In this document: positions 9,583-19,405 of the stretch, in pieces
Numbering within the stretch: the stretch's first letter is position 1
Layout: the number at the start of each line of letters is the position of its first letter
Source: Candidatus Fermentibacteraceae bacterium
Lineage (GTDB): Bacteria; Fermentibacterota; Fermentibacteria; Fermentibacterales; JCC-6
Direction of reading: 5' to 3'
Assembly: GCA_041750285.1 (NCBI GenBank)
Contig: JBGSZS010000004.1
Coordinates: 300,365-364,364, forward strand
Length of the DNA: 64,000 bases
The notes under the pieces: generated by a model
Told to the model about the DNA's origin: nothing
The model's input: the letters and a program-made list of their open reading frames with translations, nothing else
The model's database searches: none
Made by a program: the position numbers and the translations under genes

Positions 9583-10542
9583 ATGATCGACCGCAGCGAC
9601 ATAAGGGAAGAACTGAAGAACTGTCTGGTGGAAACCACAGCTCTGGGACTCCCCAACGGCCGCAAGGGCAAGGTCCGTGACATCTACGACCTTGGCGACA
9701 GGCTCCTCCTGATAACTACGGACAGGCAGAGCGCGTTTGACAGGGTGCTGGCGGCCGTACCCTTCAAGGGACAGGTCCTGAACATGGTGAGCGCGTGGTG
9801 GTTCGAGCGCACCAGGCACATCGTCCAGAACCATGTCATCAAAATCCCCCACCCCAACGCCACGCTGGCGAAAAAGCTCGATGTCTTCCCGGTGGAGTTC
9901 GTCATGAGGGGCTACCTCACGGGAAGTACGAGCACCAGCGCCTGGACCCTCTACAACAACGGGGAACGGAACCTCGGAGGCAACATCCTTCCCGACGGCA
10001 TGAGGAAGAACCAGAGGTTCCCCGAACCCATAATCACCCCCACAACGAAGAGCGACGTGCACGACGAGTCCATCACCCCCGAAGGGATACTGGAAACCGG
10101 CCTGATGAGCCGGGAGGACTGGGAGAAGGCTTCGGGCATCGCCTTCAGCCTCTTCCGCTTCGGCATGGAAACCGCACGGAGGAACGGCCTTATCCTGGTC
10201 GACACCAAGTACGAGATGGGAAAGACCGAAAGCGGCGAGATCGTCCTCATCGACGAGATCCACACGCCTGACAGCTCAAGGTACTGGCTTGCCGAAGGCT
10301 ACGAAGAGCGCTTCGAGAAGGGGCTCGATCCCGAGAACATCGACAAGGAGTTCCTCAGGCTCTGGTTCCGCGACAACTGCGACCCCTACAACGACGCCGT
10401 TCTCCCCGAAGCCCCCGAGGAACTCGTCGTCGAGCTTTCCTCACGGTACATCAAGCTCTTCGAGATGATAACCGGCAACGAGTTCAAACCCATGAAGGGG
10501 AACCTTATCGAGAGCCTTGGAGAGGCCGTGAAGACTATCTGA
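9583..10542 (+). CDS. purC: SAICAR synthase
   Basis: GKVRDIY, TDRQSAFD, DTKYEMG, DEIHTPDSSRYW, DKEFLR. Confidence 0.96.
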   Translation: MIDRSDIREELKNCLVETTALGLPNGRKGKVRDIYDLGDRLLLITTDRQSAFDRVLAAVPFKGQVLNMVSAWWFERTRHIVQNHVIKIPHPNATLAKKLDVFPVEFVMRGYLTGSTSTSAWTLYNNGERNLGGNILPDGMRKNQRFPEPIITPTTKSDVHDESITPEGILETGLMSREDWEKASGIAFSLFRFGMETARRNGLILVDTKYEMGKTESGEIVLIDEIHTPDSSRYWLAEGYEERFEKGLDPENIDKEFLRLWFRDNCDPYNDAVLPEAPEELVVELSSRYIKLFEMITGNEFKPMKGNLIESLGEAVKTI

Positions 10543-11872
10543 GGAAGACAACCCTCTCCGAAGCCCTTACCTCTCCGGCTGACAGCACGACGATGTACTG
10601 GCCCGAGGGCAGTGAAGACTCGGGCCACCAGACAAGCGTGTGGTCACCTGCAGCGAGGTGACCCGGCCGGATTGCTGACACGACCCTTCCCGACATGTCG
10701 AACACCGTAAGCCCTGCGTTCGAATCACCGGGCAGCGTGAAGGAAATGACAAGGCTGCCCGTGAAGGGCGTCGGGCTGACCCTGAGGGCCGAAGGGGCTG
10801 CGAAGGGACCGCCCCACCCAACCCCCGAGGGCTGGTCGTTGTGGGCGTATTGCACTCCTTCGTAACAGAAGACGATGTGAGGCGTTGTCTGCTGGTCTAT
10901 GGCCAGGTCCGGATCACCGCTGTTCCAGCTCGAGGAGACGGGGTGTACGAACTCGGTCTGCCAGCCGCCGCCCTGGTTCACGGAATACATCAGGGAGTCA
11001 CCCCCGGCGCAGCAGTGGGCTATGTGAGGGTATCCATACTGGTCGAGAGCCAGTGATGTTCCGTAGGTGTGTATTCCCGTATCGGTTGCGTATACGGTCT
11101 GGATGGTCCAGGCCGAGCCGTCGTATTCAGCGTACCTGACCTCGCCGTCGGCGCTGTAAGACACTCTGGGGTGACCGTTACCGTCAATTGCCAGGCTTGT
11201 TCCGATGGGTTCTGAACTCATTGAAGAGTCGATGGTGTATGTCTCCCAGGACCCGGCGCCTTCACGGCGTGCATACCGGACTGCATTGTCCGGTTCGAAA
11301 CCGCAGTACGCTATGTGCACGTTGCCGCTCTGATCAATGGCCATTGAGTTGCATGCTCCGGCATCGATGGACTGGTCCACTATCTGCTGGGTCCATGCAG
11401 AGCCGTTCCACGAGACGAAGTAAAGCTTCTCCTGGCTGGAATACCATGCGATGCATGGGTACCCTTCGGGGGTCAGGGCGATGGATGTCCAACTGCCGTA
11501 AAACGCGTACGAGAAGTACTCGACTGTCCAGCTTCTTTCTTCGGGGTTCATGACAGCGTAGCAGATGACTCCACTACCCCCCGCGAAGGAAACGTGCGGC
11601 ACACCCTGCTGGTCGAACGCCAGTCCGGTATAGCCGCAACCTCCGTAAGGGGACTGGTAGATGTTCTCCTCGCTCCAGGAAGTACCGTCAAAGGTTGCGT
11701 ACTTGATGTAGGGATCCCTTGCGTAGACAACGCTGGGATCGCCATTGCTGTCGATGGCAATGGATGGTGTGACACCACTTGTGTTGACCGTGCGGAAAGA
11801 CCACTCCGCCCTGGCCTGGAAAGCGGCACCCGAGAGAAGGACCACCAGCAGAATTGCTCTGAACACGGCCAT
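10535..11872 (-). CDS. Secreted repeat (beta-propeller/BNR-like) protein with T9SS/FlgD-like C-terminal domain
   Basis: Signal peptide; repeated SLAxDxxGxPHIAY...W units; CTD PTPF...VFDMSGRVV...LPSGQY. Confidence 0.8.
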   Translation of the reverse strand: MAVFRAILLVVLLSGAAFQARAEWSFRTVNTSGVTPSIAIDSNGDPSVVYARDPYIKYATFDGTSWSEENIYQSPYGGCGYTGLAFDQQGVPHVSFAGGSGVICYAVMNPEERSWTVEYFSYAFYGSWTSIALTPEGYPCIAWYSSQEKLYFVSWNGSAWTQQIVDQSIDAGACNSMAIDQSGNVHIAYCGFEPDNAVRYARREGAGSWETYTIDSSMSSEPIGTSLAIDGNGHPRVSYSADGEVRYAEYDGSAWTIQTVYATDTGIHTYGTSLALDQYGYPHIAHCCAGGDSLMYSVNQGGGWQTEFVHPVSSSWNSGDPDLAIDQQTTPHIVFCYEGVQYAHNDQPSGVGWGGPFAAPSALRVSPTPFTGSLVISFTLPGDSNAGLTVFDMSGRVVSAIRPGHLAAGDHTLVWWPESSLPSGQYIVVLSAGEVRASERVVFLR

Positions 11873-12094
11873 GACCTCCCTGTCGGACGAATGGTGCAAA
11901 CAATTATACGCTTATCTCTCGTTACCATAGCCGCCTTGCGCAATGGGGTCAAGACATTCAGGCGAAGCAGGGAACCGCAGTGAACTGCTTGCCCGTACGG
12001 GCTGCATTGCATATAACGTGCGGATGGCTTTCGCGAACCGCGCCCTTGCCAGGAGCATTGCTGAAAAGGTAATCCGAGTTTGACAACGAAAAGT

Positions 12095-13582
12095 ATGGTT
12101 CACATCTCATGGGTGTTTCCCGTTCTGCTCACGGCCCTGCTTGGCTTGTCGGTCCTTGGGCAGGAACCATTCCTTGGGGCGCAGGATGATGCCTTCTTCT
12201 ACTTCCGCATTGCCGGGAACGTCGTGCAGAGAGGCTTCTTCTCCTTCGACGGACTGACGCCGACGAACGGTTTCCACCCGCTCTGGATGGGTCTTCTCGC
12301 AGCGCTTCGATACCTTTGTCCCGATCCTCTTGGTTACCTGTCCCTTGCGGCTGTTCTTTCCATCATGCTTCTGGGTCTTTGCGGCGCACGATTCGCTGTT
12401 TTTGCGCGTGGGAGGTATTCAGCGCCAGTGCAGCTTGTCATCCTTCTGCTGCTCCTTCGTTACTTGAGGGATTTTTCGCTCATGTGCATGGAGACATCCG
12501 TCCTGCTGCCCGCAGCGTTCCTGCTTCTGATCTCGTTCGACCGTCTGAAGGGGGATTCTGGCAGCGGGCGGTTGTGGACCCTGGGCGTTCTTGTCGCCCT
12601 CACGACGGCATCAAGGCTTGATTCAGCACTGTTGTGCGCAATTCTCGCCGTTTCGGCAGTTGCAACATGCGGCAGAAGGGCTTTGTTGCCCATTCTGCTG
12701 CCGGGTGCTGTCCTGCTTCTGGGATACGCTGCTCTGAACCATTCCTTCATGGGAACGCCGGCTACAGTATCGGGAATGATGAAGGCGTCGGGATTCGGCT
12801 TCAACCGGCTCTTCGCGGCGCAGCTCTTTCAACCAGTAGACCCCCTTGGTGTACGGAACCCCTGGGCGCTCTATCTTCTCTTCCTGCTGCTTGCCTTTCC
12901 GGTGTCATTCATGAGAACCATGCCTTCCACGGCCAGGGTTTCAGGCGTGTTCCTCATATCATTCACCATGTGTCAGCTCTTTCTGTCCCAGTGGCGACTC
13001 TGGCACTGGTACGCCTACCCGGCTGTTCTCTTCACTGCGTTTGGATTGCCCCATATACTGCAAGGCATCTACAGCAGGGTCGTGCATTCAGACGGAATCG
13101 AGGCTGGCCTGACGGCCGTACTTCTCGTTGTTCTTTGCGGCGCGTGCATTTTATGGGGGGGGGGGTATGGTAATGTTGGTTCGGATGACTTCCGGCACAG
13201 GAACATGCTGATTGCACTCGAACTGAACGAAACCCTCCCGGACACAACTGTTGTTGCAATGGGAGACAGGGCCGGCAGCTTCGCGTACTTCTTCCACGGA
13301 CATGTGGTTCAGGCCGAGGGACTGGCGGGCGGTACCCAACTCGTTTCCGCAGTCAGGTCGGGAACACTGCATCGTTATCTTCACCGGATGGGAACCGACT
13401 ACATCCTGAGCTGGACGGGACCTCACCTGGTTGATACCTACGATCTTTGGACCCTCGCGATTCCGGACGGGGCGCAGTGCACGGCATTCAACAACACGAT
13501 CACTGTTCAGGGCACCGACGAGGTCGCCCGCTGGCCTGGCAACGAAGAGTCGGCCTTCCTCTGGAGCTTCAGTGAGAACTGA
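12095..13582 (+). CDS. GT-C-type integral membrane glycosyltransferase-like protein
   Basis: DDAFFYFRIA...SFDG...TNGFHPLW after TM1; MET and RLD motifs; many TM segments; start uncertain (12080 or 12095). Confidence 0.7.
   Translation: MVHISWVFPVLLTALLGLSVLGQEPFLGAQDDAFFYFRIAGNVVQRGFFSFDGLTPTNGFHPLWMGLLAALRYLCPDPLGYLSLAAVLSIMLLGLCGARFAVFARGRYSAPVQLVILLLLLRYLRDFSLMCMETSVLLPAAFLLLISFDRLKGDSGSGRLWTLGVLVALTTASRLDSALLCAILAVSAVATCGRRALLPILLPGAVLLLGYAALNHSFMGTPATVSGMMKASGFGFNRLFAAQLFQPVDPLGVRNPWALYLLFLLLAFPVSFMRTMPSTARVSGVFLISFTMCQLFLSQWRLWHWYAYPAVLFTAFGLPHILQGIYSRVVHSDGIEAGLTAVLLVVLCGACILWGGGYGNVGSDDFRHRNMLIALELNETLPDTTVVAMGDRAGSFAYFFHGHVVQAEGLAGGTQLVSAVRSGTLHRYLHRMGTDYILSWTGPHLVDTYDLWTLAIPDGAQCTAFNNTITVQGTDEVARWPGNEESAFLWSFSEN
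13155..13165 (+). repeat. G11 homopolymer tract inside the GT-C gene
   Basis: ttat-GGGGGGGGGGG-tatgg, currently in frame (W-G-G-G-Y). Confidence 0.9.
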
Positions 13583-14777
13583 GTGGTTTCGTCCGCTTCT
13601 TGTGTGCGTCCTTCTTGCTCCCGCCCTGCTTCTCTTCGCCGACACCCTTTCGTACGGCTTCATGTCCGACGATTTCTATCTTGTTCACAGGGTCTCGAGC
13701 GGGGGGTTCTTCTGCGCGTGGGGCGGAGAGGGCGCCGACATGTATGTAAGACCTCTCACCGTCCTCACATACTTCACCGACAACATGATCTACGGCCTCA
13801 ACCCTTTGGGCTGGCACCTGACCAACGTGCTCTGGCACCTTGCGTGTTCGTTGCTCGTATTCCTGCTGGCCAGGGTTTTGCTGAAGGACGGCACGGCGGC
13901 ATTCAGCGCCGGTTACCTGTTCCTCCTGCTTGCGTGCCACTCCGAATCGGTGGCCTGGGTGTCGGGCAGGACCGATCTTCTGGCAACGGCGTTCTGCCTG
14001 GGGTCGATCCTTGCCTTTTTGCGGAAGAGCCCGTGGGCGCCCGTTCTTTATGCTTTCGGCCTGCTTGCGAAGGAAAGTGTTCTGGTAACACCCCTTCTGT
14101 GGCTCGTTCTCGTCGTGAAAACACCGGACTGGGATTCCCGGGCGAAACGCCTCGTTGTGACCGGCCTTGCTTTGGCCCTTGTTTACATCGTTGTCAGGAT
14201 CGTTCTGTCCGGGGGAGTGCCTTCCGGTGCAGGCGAGGTCTCATTCTCCGTGGCGGCCGAAAGCATTGCGCGGTACATGTTCAGGGTGTTCGTTCCGCCG
14301 CTCTCCGAGGCAGCCCGGCCCTTCCTTGCCCGGAACCCCCTTGCGCTGCCGCTTCTTCTGCTCGTCACGACTGCGGTCACACTGCTCTTCGCCCTTCGCA
14401 GGAGCTTCGACCGAAGGACGTTCGCCGTCCTGGCCGCGGGGTTCTTCGTGTCACTCCTGCCGGTTCTCTTCATGAGGGTGTCGTTGCTCGACACGCGTTC
14501 GGAACGGTTTCTCTACCTGCCCGGGGTTTTTGCGGTCATGGCCCTTGTGAACTGGGTCGTCCAGGTCTTCGGGAAACGGACCGCCCTGGTCGTGCTGACT
14601 GCCCTGGCGCTCCTTCAGGGAGCCTTCCTCCACCGTTCCAACACGAACTGGAGAAGGGCGGGCGAAATGTGCGCGGAGCTTATCCGCGAACCGGTCGCCT
14701 CCCCGCCCGAAACCTTCCGGGGCGCGTACGTGTTCATGAACGGTTACGAAGAGGCGCTTCTGCTGTTCGGGGAGTGA
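13572..14777 (+). CDS. GT-C (TMTC/PMT-like) membrane glycosyltransferase
   Basis: SDDFY, YVRPL, GWHLTNVLWH, HSESVAWVSGRTDLL, LLAKES, ERFLYLP. Confidence 0.8.
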   Translation: MRTEWFRPLLVCVLLAPALLLFADTLSYGFMSDDFYLVHRVSSGGFFCAWGGEGADMYVRPLTVLTYFTDNMIYGLNPLGWHLTNVLWHLACSLLVFLLARVLLKDGTAAFSAGYLFLLLACHSESVAWVSGRTDLLATAFCLGSILAFLRKSPWAPVLYAFGLLAKESVLVTPLLWLVLVVKTPDWDSRAKRLVVTGLALALVYIVVRIVLSGGVPSGAGEVSFSVAAESIARYMFRVFVPPLSEAARPFLARNPLALPLLLLVTTAVTLLFALRRSFDRRTFAVLAAGFFVSLLPVLFMRVSLLDTRSERFLYLPGVFAVMALVNWVVQVFGKRTALVVLTALALLQGAFLHRSNTNWRRAGEMCAELIREPVASPPETFRGAYVFMNGYEEALLLFGE

Positions 14778-14789
14778 CGGGACCCTGAC

Positions 14790-15269
14790 TCAGTTCACAT
14801 CGCCCAGATAGACAGTTCCCTTGGGCAGAGGCTTTGCGAGCAATGTTCTCAGTGGTGAAGGGTAGAGCCTGTACTGCGCGAGGGTGGCCAGGGGAAGCCA
14901 GGCCACGCCGTCCTGATACGAGTCGGGGTTCTCCCCCATGCCCGGGGTCGCGCCCCGGGGAAGCTTGCACTTGAACATCAGTTCGATCTGGTGGGCTTCG
15001 CCGTCGGTCTTTGCGAACTCGTGGTGCGCTGCGATGTAATCCCTTACGAAGAGGAGCCGGCCCATCACCACACCGGTTCCGACCTCTTCCAGGCACTCCC
15101 TTTGCAGGGCCTGTTCAATTGTCTCGCCGTGGGACTGACCGCCCCCGGGAAGCATGTACCAGTCACCCAGGTCATCATGGTTCCTCACGAGAAGGACCTG
15201 CCCCCTTCTCATGATGACGGCCTTTACGGAAACCCTGACTGGCCTGGGACCCTGGCTGAAAGGCTTCAC
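14790..15269 (-). CDS. NUDIX hydrolase
   Basis: Nudix box PGGGQSHGETIEQALQRECLEEVG. Confidence 0.92.
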   Translation of the reverse strand: MKPFSQGPRPVRVSVKAVIMRRGQVLLVRNHDDLGDWYMLPGGGQSHGETIEQALQRECLEEVGTGVVMGRLLFVRDYIAAHHEFAKTDGEAHQIELMFKCKLPRGATPGMGENPDSYQDGVAWLPLATLAQYRLYPSPLRTLLAKPLPKGTVYLGDVN

Positions 15270-17392
15270 TTCTCCCGTTCCCCGGTGTCTTCGAAGAGGT
15301 CTGGCATTTCGTACTTCTCCACGATGCTTCTCAGCCTTCTGTTAAGCTCGGTTGCCTTCTCCTCGATCTCCTCGAGGCTCATGGGGGGTTTTGCCGGTTC
15401 AGGTTCGGTTTCGGGTTCGGATTCGGCTCTGGGTTCAGGTTCAGGTTCGGCTTCAGGTTCGGCTTCGGGTGCGGGTTCGGGCTTCTCTTCCGACACCGTC
15501 TCGAGCAGCTTGATGCTCGCGATGGTCCGGCTGCCGCAGAGCCTTACGCCCCTTGCCTTCACCCCCTTTTCGGGGATGTCCGCCGAGGCCGTCTGACCCT
15601 TCCGGGTCTTCATGCGCTTCTTCCTCTCGAACCAGTACTCGAGCGTGAAGTCGGTGAGGGGGGTGAAGACCAGCACTTCGGATCCCTCGGGGACGAAGCG
15701 GTACTCCCGGTCCAGTATGAAACCGCCGATGCCGAAGCGCTTGACGTAGGGTATCCTGTCGGTGCCGTCGCGGTAGACGCAGGTGAAGGGCATGTCCTTG
15801 TCGGCGGGGCCGCACCAGAGGACCCTGCCGTCGACCAGGAACTTCTCCTGAACGGGCATCACCCTGTATGTGCCGTCATCGAGGAAGTAGAGGATGCGGT
15901 CGTACTCGGAGGCGTGCCACGATACGCCCCCCTTCACAGCGGTACCAACGAACCCCGTCTCTTTGTCGTAGCCCACCCTGAGGTTGGCAATGGCTATCTC
16001 GCGGCGCTGAATGCCGCTGAAACCCTCGATCGCGGTCTTCCTGGGGAAGAGCTTGCCGTACTTCTTCAGAATCTCTCCCAGAACCTCGGTCGCGTATTCC
16101 CTGATATTACCGAGCCTCTTCTTCGCAAGGCGCATGCGGCCTTTGATGTCGTCCATCTCTTTTCGGTGCGCCTCGATGTCGAAACGGCTTATCCTGCGGA
16201 TCTTGAGCGCCAGGAGCCGCTCGATGTCATCGGCGGTGACCTCCCTGGGGTAATCGGTGAGGAACGGAAGGAGGCCCTGACCCACGGCGTCCCTGACCTC
16301 TTCGAGAGTGGGACACTCCTCTATCATCTTGTAAAGCCTGTTCTCGATGAATATCTGCTCGAGGGTCATCCAGTGAAGCGTGTCGCCGAGGTTGCTTATC
16401 TCGAGCTGAAGCTCGAGCCGGAGCACGTGGAGGAGGCGGTCCGCGCAGTAGCGCACGAGGCCCGAGACGCTCGTCTCGAGTGGAACGCCCTCCTGTATCA
16501 CAAGCATGTTGGAGGTGTGGGTGACCTCGCACTCGGTGTGGGCGTAGAGCTGTCTGAGGGTCTCCTCGGCGCTGACGCCGCGGGCGGGGGTGACCTCGAT
16601 CTCGACGTTCTCGGTGGTGTAGTCGTCTATGCTCGTGATCTTGAGGCGGCCCTTGCGGGTGGCGTTCTCTATCGAGGCCATGAGGGTCTCGGTGGTGGTC
16701 CCGTAGGGGATCTCGCTTATGACGAGCTTCTTCCCGCCGCGGGGCTCAATCCTGGCCCTGTTGCGTATCCTGCCGTTGCCGTCTTCGTACGCCGAGACAT
16801 CGATGGCGCCGCCCTGGGGGAAATCCGGCAGAAGGTGGAAGGGCTCGCCCCTTATGCAGGCGATCTGGGCCTGTATCACCTCGTTGAAGTTGTGGGGAAG
16901 GATTCGGGTGGACATTCCCACTGCAATTCCGTCCGCCCCCAGCAGAAGAAGTACGGGTATCTTGGCGGGGAAGAGAACGGGCTCACGGTTCCTGCCGTCG
17001 TAGCTTGGGACGAACTCGGTTATGGCCGGGTTGAACAGCGTGTCGCGGGCGAGCTGCGTGAGCCTGCACTCGATGTAACGTGATGCCGAGGCTTCGTCGC
17101 CCGTAAGGATGTTGCCGAAGTTGCCCTGTCCCTCGATGAAGTATCCCCGGTTGGCAAGGGCCACGAGGGCCGCCCCGATGGACTGGTCGCCGTGGGGGTG
17201 GTAGCGCATGCAGTGGCCTATCACGTTGGCCACCTTGTTGAAGCGGCCGTCGTCCATCTCAAGCATTGCCCAGAGTATCCTGCGCTGCACTGGCTTCAGG
17301 CCGTCGGCAGCGTCGGGGATGGCCCGCTCCTTTATCACGTAGGTGGCGTACTCCATGAAGTTCTCGCGGTAAAGCCCGCGCAGACCGGTCAT
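15266..17392 (-). CDS. parC: DNA topoisomerase IV subunit A
   Basis: RAIPDAADGLKPVQRR, YHPHGD, catalytic ASRYIECRL; no GyrA-box seen; Bacteroidota/spirochaete-like type. Confidence 0.92.
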   Translation of the reverse strand: MTGLRGLYRENFMEYATYVIKERAIPDAADGLKPVQRRILWAMLEMDDGRFNKVANVIGHCMRYHPHGDQSIGAALVALANRGYFIEGQGNFGNILTGDEASASRYIECRLTQLARDTLFNPAITEFVPSYDGRNREPVLFPAKIPVLLLLGADGIAVGMSTRILPHNFNEVIQAQIACIRGEPFHLLPDFPQGGAIDVSAYEDGNGRIRNRARIEPRGGKKLVISEIPYGTTTETLMASIENATRKGRLKITSIDDYTTENVEIEVTPARGVSAEETLRQLYAHTECEVTHTSNMLVIQEGVPLETSVSGLVRYCADRLLHVLRLELQLEISNLGDTLHWMTLEQIFIENRLYKMIEECPTLEEVRDAVGQGLLPFLTDYPREVTADDIERLLALKIRRISRFDIEAHRKEMDDIKGRMRLAKKRLGNIREYATEVLGEILKKYGKLFPRKTAIEGFSGIQRREIAIANLRVGYDKETGFVGTAVKGGVSWHASEYDRILYFLDDGTYRVMPVQEKFLVDGRVLWCGPADKDMPFTCVYRDGTDRIPYVKRFGIGGFILDREYRFVPEGSEVLVFTPLTDFTLEYWFERKKRMKTRKGQTASADIPEKGVKARGVRLCGSRTIASIKLLETVSEEKPEPAPEAEPEAEPEPEPRAESEPETEPEPAKPPMSLEEIEEKATELNRRLRSIVEKYEMPDLFEDTGEREK
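15396..15482 (-). repeat. Degenerate 6-bp tandem repeat encoding a Pro/Glu linker in the ParC tail
   Basis: ggttc(a/g) units encoding EPAPEAEPEAEPEPEPRAESEPETEPEP. Confidence 0.8.
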
Positions 17393-19197
17393 TTCAGGTT
17401 CTCCATTATGAAGGTGCGCCGCTCGGGCGTGTTGCTGCCCATGTAGAAGTCAAGGATCTCGGGTACCTCGCGAAGCCTGTCAATCCTCACCTGGGTGAGC
17501 CTTATGTCGGGCCCGATGAACTGGCCGAACTCCTTCGGGCTTATCTCGCCAAGGCCCTTGAACCTCGTGATCTCGGGCTTCCTGCCGAGCCGCAGCGCCT
17601 CGCGGTCGAGCTCGGACTGGCTGTAGCAGTAAACGGTCTCCTTTTTGTTCCTGACCCTGAAAAGGGGAGTCTCGAGGATGTAGAGGTGCCCGTTGAGCGC
17701 AAGGTCCTCGAAGAAGTGCAGGAATAGCGTCATCAGCAGGTTCCGTATGTGCATGCCGTCAACATCGGCATCGGTGGCCAGAACGACCCGGTTGAACCGC
17801 AGCCCCTCCACCCCGCCCTCGATGTTGAGGGCCCGCATGATGTTGTAGATCTCCTTGTTGCTGTAGACGGCCTCGCGCTTGAGCCCGAACACGTTCTGGG
17901 GCTTGCCCCGCAGGGCGAAGATGGCCTGGGTGTGAACGTCCCGGCTGGACACCAGGCTTCCCGCCGCGCTCAGCCCCTCGGTGAGGAAGATCGTCGATTC
18001 CTCATCCCGTTCATGGCCGTCCCCCAGATGTATCTTGCAGTCCTTCAGGTTGGGGATACGGATGGCGGTCTGCTTCTCCCGTTCGCGGGCCTTCTTCTTC
18101 ACCGTGAGCAGCTCGGTGCGGAGCTTCTGGTTGGCCTGGATCTTTGCCACGATGCGGTCGGCGAGCTTCTGGTCGCGGTGGAGAACCTGCTCGATCTCGG
18201 ACTGCACCCTTGCAACGATGTCGCGCCTGATGTCGGTGTTGCCGAGCTTGTTCTTGGTCTGGCTTTCGAAGACGGGGTCTTTGAGGCGCACCGATACCGC
18301 GGCCACAAGGCCGTCGCGAACGTCCTCGGCCACGAAACCCTTGCCGCTGTATGCGTTCATGCCCTTCAGAACGCCCTCTTTGAACGCCGAGAGGTGGCTG
18401 CCGCCGGCGCTGGTGTACTGGCCGTTGGCGAAGGAGAAGTATTTCTCGCCGTAAGAGTTGGTGTGGGTGAACGCGAACTCCAGCGTGGTGTTGCGGTAGT
18501 ACACGGCGTCGTAGATGGCCTCGTCACCCGTTTCGTCGTTCAGAAGGTCCCGCAGGCCGTCATCCGAACGGAACACCATGTCGTTGAACATCATCTTGAG
18601 CCCCGAGTTCAGGAACGCGTAGTGCTGCATGCGCCTCTCGATGAACTCGCTCCGGAACTGGTACTCGCCGAAGATCTCGCGGTCGGGCGTGAACTCGACA
18701 AGCGTGCCGTTCTTCTCCGTGGTTTCCCCGGTATCGTCGGACACGAGACGTCCCTGTGAGAACACGGCCTGCCTGAACCTGCCGTCGCGGTACGAGCAGA
18801 CCCTGAAGCTCTCGGAGAGGGCATTCACCGCCTTGGTGCCCACACCGTTCAGCCCCACGCTGAACACGAAGACCTCGGTGTTGTACTTGGCGCCAGTGTT
18901 TATCTCGCTGACGCATTCCACAAGCTTGCCCAGCGGAATCCCCCGGCCCCAGTCCCTGACCGTTATCGTTGAGTCCTGAAGCTTCACCCTTATCCGGCTT
19001 CCGCACCCCATGATGAACTCGTCGACGGAGTTGTCCACCACTTCCTTCAGAAGGATGTAGATGCCGTCGTCGATGTTCGAGCCGTCGCCGAGACGGCCGA
19101 TGTACATCCCGGTTCTCAGACGGATGTGCTCGATGGATGAAAGGGTCTTCACCTTGCTTTCATCGTAGATGCCGGGACTTTCAACTGGACCTGTCAA
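17389..19197 (-). CDS. parE: DNA topoisomerase IV subunit B
   Basis: HIRLRTGMYIG, EVVDNSVDE, TEGLSA, LRGKP, TDADVDG, RFKGLGE; GGAGG RBS before TTG 19197. Confidence 0.93.
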   Translation of the reverse strand: MTGPVESPGIYDESKVKTLSSIEHIRLRTGMYIGRLGDGSNIDDGIYILLKEVVDNSVDEFIMGCGSRIRVKLQDSTITVRDWGRGIPLGKLVECVSEINTGAKYNTEVFVFSVGLNGVGTKAVNALSESFRVCSYRDGRFRQAVFSQGRLVSDDTGETTEKNGTLVEFTPDREIFGEYQFRSEFIERRMQHYAFLNSGLKMMFNDMVFRSDDGLRDLLNDETGDEAIYDAVYYRNTTLEFAFTHTNSYGEKYFSFANGQYTSAGGSHLSAFKEGVLKGMNAYSGKGFVAEDVRDGLVAAVSVRLKDPVFESQTKNKLGNTDIRRDIVARVQSEIEQVLHRDQKLADRIVAKIQANQKLRTELLTVKKKAREREKQTAIRIPNLKDCKIHLGDGHERDEESTIFLTEGLSAAGSLVSSRDVHTQAIFALRGKPQNVFGLKREAVYSNKEIYNIMRALNIEGGVEGLRFNRVVLATDADVDGMHIRNLLMTLFLHFFEDLALNGHLYILETPLFRVRNKKETVYCYSQSELDREALRLGRKPEITRFKGLGEISPKEFGQFIGPDIRLTQVRIDRLREVPEILDFYMGSNTPERRTFIMENLK

Positions 19198-19405
19198 GAC
19201 CCCTCCACAAGATATGGATGCAACACGGGGAAATGGCACAACATGTCGATACCCATTCCCCGAATCGCTTCAACACACCAAGTATACACCATGCAAACCC
19301 TCCAGACCACCATATGTGGTGTGAAGCAGCGGCTTTTCCGCGGGGCGAAAATGCCTTATGCTTGATGAGCTCAACGCTCAAAAACCAACCCGAGGGGGAT
19401 GACCG

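Noticed and set aside
9451..10263. Apparent 270-aa N-terminal extension of butyrate kinase
   Set aside because: It is the antisense of purC; a GGAGG RBS with GTG at 9450 gives a normal-length Buk.
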